This document shows, piece after piece, positions 26,601 through 40,409 of a stretch of 64,000 nt of DNA. The notes below the pieces were generated by a model. It saw nothing but the letters and a program-made list of their open reading frames with translations, searched no databases and was not told where the DNA came from. Position numbers and translations under genes: made by a program. The stretch is from Octopus vulgaris. Taxonomy: Eukaryota. Location: positions 32,116,001-32,180,000 of the forward strand of contig OX597822.1 in assembly GCA_951406725.2 (NCBI GenBank), given 5' to 3'. Position 1 is the stretch's first letter, and each line of letters opens with the position of its first letter.

Positions 26601-27154
26601 ACATCCTGGCTTTGCCCCAGCTTTGCAATGCAAGAATTCTACTTCTGAGTTCTGCGTCCTTTTCGGCAGTTAGTCCCTGTGTAAAAATCAGGCATTTGAA
26701 CATATCTGGAGTTAAATATCCAGCTTAAACTTTTCGCATTCCCTGTGTACCCTACCATCTTATGTGATGTAGCCCTCGTTACTATTTTCCTTCAGTTACT
26801 TCCACCGTGTGTTGAACAGTGAGCTTTTTCTCCTGACAATCTTACACAATATAATTATTGTGTCATTAAAATTTACGTCAGGCGGTTTTCTTGGGAATAC
26901 AAAATTACTGTATCGTTCAAGTTCTGTTCATTATGTGAACGTTGTTCGAAAATAATTGTTCGAATATAATTATTCCAAAACAATTATTGAAAAAATATTT
27001 ATTCGAATGGAAAATTGTATGAATAAAATTTTTTCAAAAGGACAATTTACGAAATGTTAATTTTTCTAATTTTTTTTTTATTTTCTTGAAACAATAATTA
27101 TAATATTAAAAATCAAGTACACAAAAGATATTTATATAATAAACATATAATGAA

Positions 27155-27315
27155 CAGGAGTGGCTGTGTGGTAAGTAGCTTGCTAACCAACCACATGGTT
27201 CCGGGTTCAGTCCCACTGCGTGGCATCTTGGGCAAGTGTCTTCTGCTATAGCCCCGGGCTGACCAATGCCTTGTGAGTGGAGTTGGTAGACGGAAACTGA
27301 AAGAAGCCTGTCGTA

Positions 27316-27394
<79 letters not shown>

Positions 27395-27590
27395 TTGTCC
27401 CCCTAGCATTGCTTGACAACCGATGCTGGTGTGTTTACGTCCCCGTCACTTAGCGGTTCGGCAAAACAGACCGATAGAATAAGTACTGGGCTTACAAAGA
27501 ATAAGTCCTGGGGTCGATTTGCTCGACTAAAGGCGGTGCTCCAGTATGGCCGCAGTCAAATGACTGAAACAAGTAAAAGAGTAAAAGAGT
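27155..27590 (+). mobile_element. SINE family A nested inside the MULE
   Basis: Full consensus with (gtaaaaga)n tail. Confidence 0.9.
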
Positions 27591-27699
27591 AATCTTTATT
27601 TGCAATGATTAAAAAAGAAAATTATGAATTTAAGTTATATGCGATGCCACGTAAATACTCAACCACTGAATAGTACCCGGTAAAGGGTGCCATTTTTTT

Positions 27700-28960
27700 C
27701 TTGAGTCTTTCATTTGCGTCTCTTGATATTTTGGCAACCTGCTCTTCATATTTTTGAAATATTAAATTTCTGTAAATCCCATTCTCTTTTAAGGGCGTCT
27801 ACGAATTTCTATATTGTGGGATGACGGTATGACACTTGCTGTGAAAAAAGTTCTATGCCATCCTTCAAGAACGTTGTTAGTTCTTGGTAAACCAGCATTG
27901 ATTCTTTCAAAGACCACATAGGTATCTCGAACATAGAAATTTGTCTATGACGTCTTGAAGGACGAACAATCCACACATCTTCAAAATAATCCAGAATAGT
28001 ATACACTATTGAAGTATATATACTGGAATCTAATAAAGTTTCCAATGATTCAATAATTTTATCTACGCTAACAAACTCGGAAAGGGTATCATAATTTACT
28101 TTGAGACCAGACTCACGAATGTTTTGAAAGAAGGATAGACCCAAGTGAAATAAAGACATCCATAATGTGAAGCTGTGCTGAATTCTTCTTTAACAGCTGT
28201 TATAGCCACAAACTTAAAATCTGACGTTGTAGTCGTAACTTGCAAAGTAAGAACACTTGACTTCATTTTAGCAAACAATTTTCTATAAGTATCAGCCTTC
28301 TTATCTGGAAGTAAGGCATACATTATCGGAATGGTAAAGTTATATTTAACAGCATGTACTGTATATAATTGTTCAAACTGTTGAGGTACAGTTTTAAATG
28401 TTCCATCTACTTACAAATGTTCACTTGATACAAATATACTCAAATTATTCTGAGTTCCGAGAATGACCATTTTGTCATGCCTCGGTCTGAATGATATATC
28501 ACAAATTGTTCCCCTCTATTAGTTATCTTTTTGCTCATCAGTGAAAGTAATTTCTCTTCCATGAATAGGATTAAGCAAGCCGGATCTCACCTTTTACCTT
28601 ACATTGTGAATAGCCCTTATTATAGAGTTTATTGCTGGTAAAGCTTGCCTTAGGTTTTCACTTAACTGCGAGGCTGCTGTAGAAATTATATAATGCGAGT
28701 AATCACAGAGTTCTTTAGTCTCTTGTTTTACTCTGTTCATATAAGTACGCACTTCGATGTTTACGGAATCACCAGAATGATTATTTTCACGAGAAACTTT
28801 AACCACTTCACCATCATTAGTTATTGCACGGCATTTACAATACGAGGCAAACTTATTGCACTTCCAATATATTTTGGTTCCAATTTGGTAATCCTTTACA
28901 AATAAGAAACCATCAATTTTGAGCATGGGCTTACCTTTTTTACTATCAATATATCCAGCC
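27700..28960 (-). pseudogene. FLYWCH-MULE DDE transposase, disrupted
   Basis: SKKGKPMLKIDGFLF...YWKC...CKCRAIT...NH (FLYWCH); VDGTFKTVPQQFEQLYTVH; YALLPDK...TY; SDF...AI; GCLFH. Multiple stops and frameshifts. Confidence 0.88.
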
Positions 28961-31900
28961 ACCTTTAAAGGGTATATAAATTCCAGGTAAATCAGCACGA
29001 GCAAATCTTTTTTCGTCTTTCACATTCCGGTAACATATCTGTCACTGGCCCATGTTCAAATCAGCAAACAATTTAAACAGTCGTCAATTCGAAGAATTTT
29101 CTTTCGATAAATTAACAGTTCGAATAACTGTTTTTCGAATAATTGTCTTCGGATAACTGTTTTTCAACAATTGTTTTCGAACAATTTTCTTGATATAGTT
29201 CTGTTGGTGCCAGTTTTCTCGAGATTAAGAGAGTTTCCATCTCGCTGTCCCAATCTTTACCTTCTTTCTTGAAGATTTGCCTATATCTTCAGTAGTATGC
29301 TTCGAAGGCAACTCTCTCGTTAGGTTCGTATTTGAATTCAGTCATTGAATTCACAACAGTTTGGCGGGAACAATTTTTCTGACTTTCCTGACGAAGTCAG
29401 CAATTGCAGTATTTGTTGCTGTAATATTAATTGTTGTTGTTTTGTTTCTGTTGTTGTTCTTGCAGTTGCACCCGCTGCTGTTGCTGTTGCTCTTTTTGTA
29501 ACTCAAGCAAACCGGCCAATAAATCTTCCTTAATTTTACGATTTGCCTTAAAATTTACGCAACAAAAACTTTTGTGAGTTTGATAACTTCTCTTCGTGTT
29601 TCTATTAGCTCCACGTGAATTGGTTATTCCCCATTGAGTTTATCAATTCCTCGTGAGTTGTTTAAATCCTCTTCGCCACTATAATATAGCGGTCGTTTTG
29701 CCGCTGTTGTATCTATCATTGTCCGACTACTGTCGCTCTGATATGTATTGCGATATTCCGAAGTTTAAGATAGGATGTGTCTATCTGAGACTGTACGATC
29801 CTCAGTGATACAGTGTTATTATCCTCAAAGAGTTGTATCATTATAACACACACTCAGTATCGCAGTATAATTACTAGGTCAGTACAGACACGACTAATAT
29901 GCACTGTGCATTCTCTTTCGATACTGGTCGACGTCACCTTAGATATAGCGACACCCTCATTCCATTCGTCACGTGGAGTGGGGTGTACCATTATTACTAA
30001 TTCCTTACAATACACTTCAACCTCAGGTACGTTATATACTATTGTAGGTATCCCCTTTAGAAAGACGTGTGGTGGAAAATGGTGCGGAAGCATAGAAGCA
30101 ACTTTTTCCTTGGATTATAGCAGTGTTTAGCATGGACATTTGAGATTGCTAACAGATAAAGATTGTGAGAATTGTGTTTATTTTATTAAAAATTGAGAAT
30201 GCAGTCGAAATTCAGTCTCAAATGTTATAGCATTACATTGTATAACGCTAGTCACAAATTATAACTGTTTACGACAGAATAGCATCGTTATTCTCTCTGT
30301 CGAGTTGGTTTACTTAATCAGGCATCTCACAGTATCAGTTATATTAAAATATTAACCAGTCGTTTAGCGATAATATAACAGCAGTTTAAATTACGTGATT
30401 TTAAAATGTGAATAAAAAGAATGACATGAAATAGCAAGCAGCATATTCGGCCTATGGTGTGTATAATTGAGAAACGCAGTATATCGTGTATGGACTAATT
30501 AAAGTAAATTGGTCGTCGGTTACCGCACATAGAAGAACTTTGTTGGTATAGCAATGTTTCCGTAAAGAGAAGATTTAAGAGTTATTTTCATAATTCATGA
30601 TCTTGATTGGATAACTGAAGAAAGCGGACTTAAAGGAAGATTCATCAACTCAAAATATTTTCACGTTTGGGCTCCATTGAAAAAAAAAAACCTGAGGAAG
30701 ATTTTTTTCTGATTAAATCTGATGAGCAAATGGTGTAGTTTGTTTAGTAATAACCACGGAGCCATTAGACTTCCTAAAAATAGCAACCAAATCTACCTCT
30801 ATTCACATTCCACTTTCATAACAGCGAATACATTAGATATTATAGTATTGAATATAGAGAATGTGAAAAGTCTAGTGATCGTGGCTGGACAGCTTTGATT
30901 ATAGATCTACTTAAATACAACAGTCTGGTACACAACAACAACAACAACAACAACAGCAGCAGCAACAACGACAACAACGACAGCAACAACACTTAATAGT
31001 ATTCTAGAAATTCCTATAAGCTACTGATTCTTATTTACATCTTCTGGCATTCTTTAGAGGCATTGCTTGTAGCTATTACTAAGTTTGAAATGTACCCAGC
31101 TACCCTTTTCCTGCCTTGTATTTTCCGCATTCCGATCTTTATCATCCCACCATCCTTATCATCTCCTTTCATTATGAAAATTTCAAAATCATCAATGGCT
31201 GATTAAAATTAATTACATTGACCTCAAACCGCAATAAAGTGACCTTTTCCATTTTCGGTACGTCAAGTACAACATCAAATTGTTTCTTAGTTCCTTTACA
31301 TTCGCAGCAAATCGTTATGATGAAAGAAATGTAGTCGTAAAAATCTGATTAATATCTTTATAGTTACGGTTGTTACTTCCTTTTGAATTCAACTTATTTA
31401 CCTATTGCCCTACCCCACTCTTTCGCTGTACCACTATGCCAAAACAGAAAACGGATAATGAGTAAAATTACTCGAAAGTCTTAATTCTTAATTATTTAAG
31501 ATATTTTGAGTGTTGTAGGCCAGAGTAAAGGTAAAGAAATTTGTTAGCAAAAAAACCTTTTATAAACATGTGCATTTGGTCTCTGGTTTTAACTAGTGTA
31601 TACACTCAGAGCCTATGTGACTTCAAGAGTGTACGACTGAAATCAGGCGTTTACGTATAGTGGTAAGTATAAATTTGTAAAGGAATTGTACGTTTGTTGT
31701 AATTAGGTTATGTTTGCACTGAGAACGTGTAATCTCTACTGCAGCCGTTTCTGTTGACTATGAGTCTCTCTACTGTCTCTTCTATTTACATACAAAATAA
31801 GACTTATTACCTTCTCGGGGTAGTTTTAAAACATGAGATAAGGAATAATCTGACAGTTACCGATATAGCAGCCCATATTCACAACATTAAATTTTTTCTA

Positions 31901-32269
31901 GCTTCTTCTTTCCCATTATAATCGAATGTTTAATCATCCATCTCATGTATACAAGAAATAATATCGGAGTGAAAGTATAAAGCTGATCGCTTAAAAAACT
32001 TTAAATAATAACAGAAATATTGTTTGACGGTTAAACAGATGTTACCTGCAGATAGTCTTCAAACCATTTTGCAATAACATCAAAATGATTAGTCTTTTAC
32101 TATAATACTTTTCACTGGAAGGCATGATATATTTTACTCACTTGTACTGCATATATTTTAATCCAGTAATTACTTCTATTTTTCAATGCTTGCGATGCTT
32201 GCGTTGTAATGGAAATTACACAACGCCTACAGTATCGTGTTGAACAATAAAAGAGCAATTCATTTAATA

Positions 32270-32600
32270 AAACGTGGATCTGATATGTCTTGACCCTATG
32301 AAGGCCTTCGATAATCTCATCATAGAGTAATGGCTAAAACTGTTGTGCTCTCTGCATCTTTGAAATACCAAGGGAATGACTATCTGATTTTATATAGACA
32401 GTTGCCGTTATAGATTACCTTGCAGGTAGGTTATTAATTTTAAGTGAAATCTCTTAGGGAGTTTTACGGCAGATGCTGCTGATAACCTTGCTTAGCAGCT
32501 ACACTGACGATCAAAATTTTCTCGTGTAATTAAGAAACTAGATTATATATAAAACACCTCTAACGAGATCTGAACGCTACCTGCAAACAGGCTGAACAAA
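32270..32600 (+). pseudogene. Highly degenerate CR1/L2-type RT fragment
   Basis: NVDLICLDPMKAFDN (cf. D.IYLDF.KAFD) and YTDD (cf. YADD). Confidence 0.5.
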
Positions 32601-32864
32601 TCAACTAGTAATTCAATGCTACAAACTTTCCAAAACTTCCTTCCAGTCTACAAACTAAACGTTATCAGAAGCCACACGATAAGGATTAATTGGGATTCCA
32701 TATTTATAAACAGTGCATTCCATGGATAGAAGACTGGACGGGTAGATTCTGAGATTATTCAGAGTAATAGTACATAAAATCGCGTTGAAACCGCAGCTGA
32801 CATTTAATCGTAGATCTCTGGATTATTACTCACGACCATGGTTATGAAAATAACTTTCAACTAT

Positions 32865-33290
32865 CGACACAAGGCCTGAAATTTGTGGGAAAGAAAGCTA
32901 GTTGATCATATCTACCCTATTGTTCAACTGGTACTTATTTTCTCGATCCAGAAATGATGAAAGCCAAACTCGTACTCGGTGGTATTTAAACTCAGACAAG
33001 CGAAATCCTGCGAAGCATTTTGCACGGCTTGCTACCGATTTTGCCCGCTCACCGCTTTAATGGTAGCCAAATATTCCTTTGTACTATAAGCAAAAGGCAT
33101 GGAATTGTAGAGGAAGGGATTAGTCGATTACATTGACCCCAGTGTTTAACTAGCATTTAATTTATCGACCCCTTAAGGATAAAAGGCAAAGTCGACCTCG
33201 GCAGAATTTGAACTCAGAGTATTGCGACGGGCGAAATACCGCTAAGCATTTCTTCCAGCGCGCTAACGACTCTGCCATCTCGCCGCATTT
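32865..33290 (-). mobile_element. Two degenerate SINE family B copies
   Basis: aaggcaaagtcgacctcggcagaatttgaactcagag and related motifs. Confidence 0.7.
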
Positions 33291-33707
33291 TAATGGTCAT
33301 CAACTAATGCCAGTTAGTATGCAAGTTTTAGTGTTAAGACACTTTGGCATCATGGACATTGCCCCATTGCAACAGATCGAGAACTGGGAGAGAGTGACAG
33401 AAATGATACTCTATACTGTGGAATGAGAGCATAAAAGATGGGCAATGATAATAAGCATTTCCCACCTAATACAAATAGAAAAGGTATACCATATACAAAG
33501 CAGTAATCTTCGATTGGGAGTGATATCCGTATAAATATATGTACGCCTAGAAATATTAATGTATATATGCACATCTGAGTTGGCAGGAGCAGAAATGTTA
33601 GGAACATATATTTCGCCCCTTATATTACCTGTCTATCTCGGTCTTTCCCTCTGTATATCTGTCTATCGGTCTCTTTCTCACTCTCCCTCTCTTTGCGTGT
33701 ATTATGA

Positions 33708-34439
<732 letters not shown>

Positions 34440-34849
34440 GTGTGCGTGTTGTGTGTAGATATTCATTTTGCCTTTGGGTAATTTGGAGATTTTATTACAC
34501 ACTGCCGTTATTATTATTATGCTGGGCATGATGGAGTCAGCTGTCCACAGCTAGCAGACAAAGGTAACACTTGTCTACTGGTCATGCTTCAAGAACCCAG
34601 CGAAGAATTCTACAACCTTAGGACCCACGTTTACATCTTTTTGGCTAATTAGAGAAGATACCACTTTCTATTAAAAAAAAATATACCTGTATTCAGTCAA
34701 GACAGATGTTAGTATTTCATACATTGTTGTTAAGCAGGTTATGGGTCTATAATATTATGGTTCATTTATTTCTTCATTTTTCATTTTATTAGCATCATTA
34801 TTATTTAAGACGTCACACAGTATCAAATATCGTGAGGTTGTTGATTGAA

Positions 34850-35290
34850 AACATTGTGTTTACACGAGGGTTGTATTGTCTGTGAAGTCATAACAAGGAT
34901 ATCTGACAAACAGTACTTTACGCAGTATGGGTTCACTTCCAAGAAATGCCGACATTGCAACACACCTACATTGTAGGGCATTTCTAAAGTCTCCAGATGT
35001 TTGTTTCAGGTTGGGTGGAATCGAACCCACTGCTCCGATAGTAATAGGAATAATCTTTATGTTTGACTCTCGTAGCTGCCACATCTTAGTGATTTCAATT
35101 CTCATGTTTCCATATTTATCAGTCTTTTCTCTATATAATATGTTGATCGTCTGGCAATGCCACGTTGATTATTAGGCATTCTTGTTTGTCCTTGATAAAG
35201 TTTACTATATCCGGATTTCCGTGCTCTAACACCTTGTCTGTCTGGAAGTCAAAGCTTCAGAGAAATTTTGCCTTTCTCATTTGTCCATTA
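34850..35290 (-). mobile_element. Degenerate RLE (R4/Dong-like) LINE 3' fragment
   Basis: EITKMWQL...KIIPITIGAVG...AFLGSEPILRKVL; upstream DFQTDKVLEHGNPDIV. Confidence 0.75.
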
Positions 35291-36080
35291 CCTTTACCCG
35301 TGTATGTTGGTATCAAGCAGCCGTCACCTCGTATCCATACCTCCGGCATACTAGGCATTGAATGTTTCGGGTTACCTTGTCGTGTCTGCGCTAATTATTA
35401 ATAGATTTGCAAACTGGGAGCGATGTGCCTAACAACAAACATCGCTTATTATCAATTTTCTCTCTCTTTCATTATATCACTGTAGTATTATGGTTGTGTA
35501 TGTATATTTGTGTATGCGCGTGTGTGTGTTCATGTGTGCATCCATGTGCGTGTTGATATGAACGTTTGTGATTTGTGTGATTCTGTACGTGTGTGCTATT
35601 GTGTGTGCTTGTGCGGGTATGTTTGTGTGTGTGTGTTTGTGTATGTGTATGCTCGCGCACGTGTGAGACCATGTAATTACTTGTAAAGAAATATGCATGT
35701 TTGCGTTATATTTTTGGAATCAAATATATCTTATTTAATAGGTTTCATGAAGGCTAGATGCCCATTCTTTAAAATAATATTCGTTTAATACGTTATGTGA
35801 TATTTAATTAAGATTTCTTGGATTTATGTGACAGCTAAGATTACGGATTTTGGATTAATTTGCAAGAAGTATATTTTTTCAGAATCCATATGTGAATTCA
35901 TATGAGTTTTATTCAGCCTTTCTTGTAATGATGTATTTTCTAATATCGTCGATGGCGACATTTTACAGAAATAAAATACCGAAATAATAATTACTTCCAT
36001 AATATTCAAAAGTTGATATAACCGTCAAGAAATTTCAATATTTAATATCTGTATATTTCGTTGTTAATAATAACAATATT

Positions 36081-36123
<43 letters not shown>

Positions 36124-36125
<2 letters not shown>

Positions 36126-37008
36126 CGAACCATGATAAAACAATGGCAAGAAAAGCCCCTTCATGGTAAATACAGGACTAAACTAAACGCAAAAGAAATA
36201 GACAAAGATAAATCCCAACAATGGTTGAGAAGCTCAGGACTCAAAGGAGACAGAGGGATTTTTAATTGCAGCACAAGACCAAAGCCTTCCCACCAGAAAT
36301 TACCAAAAACATGTAATGAAAAGAAATAGACCCAGTAACTGCAGAATATGTGGAGATGGACAAGAAACAATAAATCATATTATCTCTGGCTGCCCAGTCC
36401 TGGCTAAGAAGGAATATATTCACAGACATGACAGAGTTGGAACCTACATACACTGGAAGCTATGCCAACATTATGGAATAACAACAAAAAAAAGAAGGTA
36501 TAGGCACACACCAGAAAATGTCACAGAAAACGAGAAAGCAACCATACTCTGGGATATGCCGATACACACAGATAGAGAAATTAAGGCCAACAGACCAGAT
36601 ATAGTTGTCAGAGATCATGAAGAAAAAAAATGCTTTCTAATTGATGTATCAATACCGGCAGATGACAACGTGTCTCTAAAAGAAATGGAGAAACTTTCAA
36701 AATACAAAGACCTGGAAATAGAGGTAACAAGAATGTGGAATCTAAAAACAGAAACAATTCCTATCATAGTAGGTACATTAGGCATGATAAAAAATATTCA
36801 GACAAATACATAACAAAAACACCAGGACTTACAAACACATATAACACACTGAAAATTGCGCTACTAGGCACTGCACACATCCTACGCAGAACACTTTCCA
36901 TACAGTAACCATCAGAGCATCACAACAAATCACAGCACATACCTAAGGCACACAGAGCTGCGCTCGGTAGTGAAGTGAAAGCACGCTATAAAAATGAAAC
37001 TACTGAAT
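36124..37008 (+). mobile_element. 5'-truncated R4/Dong-like LINE inserted in (TAA)n
   Basis: WQEKPLHGKY; CRICGDGQETINHIISGC zinc knuckle; RHD; RPDIVV...LIDVSIP...EKLSKYKDL. Flanked by (TAA)n-type repeats on both sides. Confidence 0.92.
36316..36813 (+). pseudogene. CCHC knuckle plus restriction-like endonuclease fragment
   Basis: ORF translation; frameshifts at both ends. Confidence 0.88.
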
Positions 37009-37112
37009 ATTAATTATAATAATGATAATAACAACAACAACAACAACATAAACAACAACAACAACAACAACAACAATAATAATAATAATAATAAATATAA
37101 AAATAATAATAA

Positions 37113-37472
37113 TGTGCATCTCTGATCACGAGCAGAAGTAGTGGTGGAGCATCATAACCATGTGTTGAGACGGATTCTTTGGGGTTTGAATAATTCACCT
37201 CTGGAAACATTCCGTGTTTCGTTCAACATCCTTAAACAACCCTTATTCAGTTACCTTGTGAGCGGGATAGGTTACTCGACCAGAAGAAAATTCTAACTAG
37301 GCCCCATCTGCAAGGGCTGATTATCTTGATATGAGATCAATATGTCGCGCACACATAGTTGTGATGCATGTGCCTAGTGTACTCTTATCAGACGGTTAGT
37401 CATGATGGGTAAAGTGAGCTTCGCATATTTTACCCCAGTGTCACTTTGATGGCATGCACTACTCTCTCACTC
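37113..37472 (+). mobile_element. Unclassified retroposon 3' end with (TAA)n tail
   Basis: Non-coding block lying between two (TAA)n runs and ending ...ctctctcactc(aat)n. Confidence 0.45.
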
Positions 37473-37536
<64 letters not shown>

Positions 37537-37552
37537 GTACTGAGAAGAAGAA

Positions 37553-37614
<62 letters not shown>

Positions 37615-37684
37615 AGAAGAAGAAGAAGAAGAAGAAGAAGAAGAAGAAGAAGAAGAAGAAGAAGAAGAAGAAGAAGAAGAAGAA
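37473..37684. repeat. (AAT)n followed by (AAG)n microsatellite
   Basis: Read directly. Confidence 0.97.
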
Positions 37685-39349
37685 TCCTTATTTCGTCTAC
37701 CTCAAAAGAAAAAAGTTAAAGTCGACCTTATTTTGAACTCGAATCCTTAAGAAATGCAATTAAGTATGATGTCGAACGCTCCAACGAATTTTCTGAGTTC
37801 GAATTTGGCAACAAAATCAGCAAGTTTTGAGGTAGGAACCACGTACTCGGTGGCTATATAATTAAAAACGAGCCCGGCTTTTAGCCCTCGAAGCATAAAA
37901 TGTAAAGCTGTATCTGTGAAAATTGAATTCATAATATACAGTTCAATAACCGCTGAGGACTTGATTCAAAGCGTGGTCAAAAAGGGAAGAACTTAAAAGT
38001 GGAAAATCGAAAAACAACTGAATTAATTATTCAGGGCCTTTTGAAATGATATGCTATTCACTCGGGCGTTTTGGATTCAGCAATTTATATTGATTCTTTT
38101 TTAACATTATCCATAACTGTAAAACATGTCTTTTTAATGTAACTGACCATTGCGAATAAATTCTGGAAATAAATATAGCTGAAAGCTTCTGTAGATAATA
38201 CATAAAAATAAATTTCCAATCTCAGTGATGAAAATAGTCTTGGATGTTTACAACATATCTAATTATTGGAAAGATTTAAAGATCTGCAGACTAAAATTTG
38301 CCGTCATGCATCTATTTTTGTCATGCTTTCGTTTGAAGACTAATTTGAAAATTGTTCGCTTAAAATGCCAATACGTTCCTCAATTTATATAAAATCGTTG
38401 CTATTTTTGTGACTTTATTGTATAAGTATAAACAAACATAGGCATGTTGTATACTTGATATTGCTAACGGGAGATATGATAACTGCAATGTATTGGTTAT
38501 TTTAAAAGGCTGTTTATAAAGGAATTAAATTTCCAAAGTTTTACTATTTTGACTTGGTCTTGCCTTCTTTATTTTATTTTGCTCCAGGTCAGCTCTGAAT
38601 CAAGAGACATCTCATCAGGGGTATTCACGCGAAGACCAATCCAGTTACATTGTCTAATAAGGTATTGCTGATATTTTAAACACGGTGGTGGGAGTTCGAA
38701 AGATATATACATGACAGACTGAGTGACCTGTTTAGTTGTTTATTTTAGGTAAACCTCAGAAATACTAAAGCGTATTTAAAATCGGTGATGACGAGTCGAA
38801 CATATAAAATAGTCACCATATCCAAGTAAGGAACTACAGCCATCTATTATTTTTGTTTTAAGTTACAAGTTAAATAACTTAAGGGACAACAAAATGTTAT
38901 TTACAGAAATTGATATGTCAGAAGGCAAAGATATAGTTTTCACTAATTTGATATTTACATTGAAAAAAAAAACAACAAAAAAATAAATAAACACAACCGC
39001 ATAATTCTACGAGTTTAGCCATTCCCCTTTTTAGGCCCAGTGAATAATACATGAATGTGTGCTACAAATAATCACTTGGAATTACAAAAGGTTTATGGCT
39101 TCCGAAGATCCAATTATTTTATCAAGTATTATGGTTTCTGATTTAGGCAAAAGGTTAGAAGAGAGGCTTTGTTTGGTTACATCGACTGACTCCAGTATTT
39201 AGATAGATTTCTATTTTACTGACGCTGGAGAGGGAGAGGCAAATTTATCCGCAGCTAGATTTGAACTGAGAATGTTAGGAGTTGAGAATATTACAGCAAA
39301 ACATAAGTCCGGCGCTCTAACTATGCTACCTCTTCATCGGCTTTACAAT

Positions 39350-39757
39350 AGGAGTAGATGTGTGGTAAGTAGCTTGCTTACCAACAACATGGTTCCAGAA
39401 TCAGTCCCACTGCGTGGCACCTTGGGCAAGTGTCTTCTACTATAGCCTCAGGCCACCAAAGCCTTGAGAGTGGACTTGATAGACGGAAACTGAAAGAAGC
39501 TTGTCGCATATATGTATATATACATTTATGTATGTGTGTGTATATGTTTGTGTGTCTGTGTTTGTTTCCCCAACATCGCTTGACAACCGATGCTGGTGTG
39601 TTTACGTCCCCGTAACTTAGCGGTTCGGCAAAAAGAGACCGATAGAATAAGTACTAGGCTTACAAAGAATAAGTCCTGGATGTCGAATTGCTCGACTACA
39701 GGCGGTGCCCTAGCATGGCCACAGTTAAATGACTGAAACAAATAAAAGAGTAAAAGT
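39350..39757 (+). mobile_element. SINE family A, followed by a SINE B copy at ~39770-39970
   Basis: Consensus match. Confidence 0.88.
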
Positions 39758-40409
39758 GTATTTGAATGTTAAGGCAGTGAGGTGGCAGAAACGGTAGCAC
39801 GCCGGGCGAAATACTTTGCGTCATTTCGTCTGTCGTTATATTCTGAGTTCAAATTCCACCGAGATCGATTTTGCCTTTCATTCTTTGGGGGTCGATAAAT
39901 GAAGTACTGGGCTCGATCTAATCGACAGGCACCCGCCCCCAAAATTTCGCGCATTGTGCCTTGAATAGAAAATAATATAATATGAATGATTTAGCTACTG
40001 ATTAAAACATGAACGTGTTCTAATAAACACATAAAACACCGAGTTGTATTAAGACTGCAGGAGCATTGCTCAGACTGTTTTGTTTTATTGAGATCACTAA
40101 TAATTGACTAGTATAGTTACAAAGAAGACTTGTTGAAAATAGTAAGCAATGTTGAGAAGAAAAGAAACAGCATTTAACAACACGTGTACTGCAGTGCTGG
40201 CTATATGCCTAGGTAGCTCTCTCTACAACGATTTGCTATTCTTGTTTATTAAACAGCATTGTTATGTAAGAAACACTTTATACAGCATGGACAATCGCTG
40301 TTAAACGAACGCTCGTATGCCACTAGTACCGATGGTGTAAATCAACACGGGAAAACGGAAAGTGAAGATACGTTCAGTGTTCGAGAAATTATATATATAT
40401 ATATAAATA

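Larger units (their letters stand above)
26929..29196 (-). mobile_element. Mutator-like (MULE) DNA transposon with 9-bp TSD
   Basis: TSD agttctgtt at 26920-26928 and 29197-29205; degenerate ~120-bp TIRs built from ttgttcgaaaa-type subrepeats. Confidence 0.9.
25330..30030 (-). mobile_element. Decayed, internally deleted Ty3/Gypsy LTR retrotransposon, interrupted by a MULE
   Basis: PBS-like tggcgaagagga at 29667-29678(-) next to a putative 5' LTR. Gag: FEAYY*RY..IF...KLAPTE|LERYSNF...SLFNTRWK and CLIFTQGL. RT: RPKRNVQFA..DQVNKELERLE and KCEF...IKYL. Integrase: HPRSNGQAERFVDSFKR. Outer boundaries are approximate. Confidence 0.8.

Noticed and set aside
29813-30130. Short ORFs as a gene
   Set aside because: They lie in the putative Gypsy LTR and have no recognisable domain.
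37446-37736. Poly-N/poly-K ORF
   Set aside because: Translation of (AAT)n(AAG)n.
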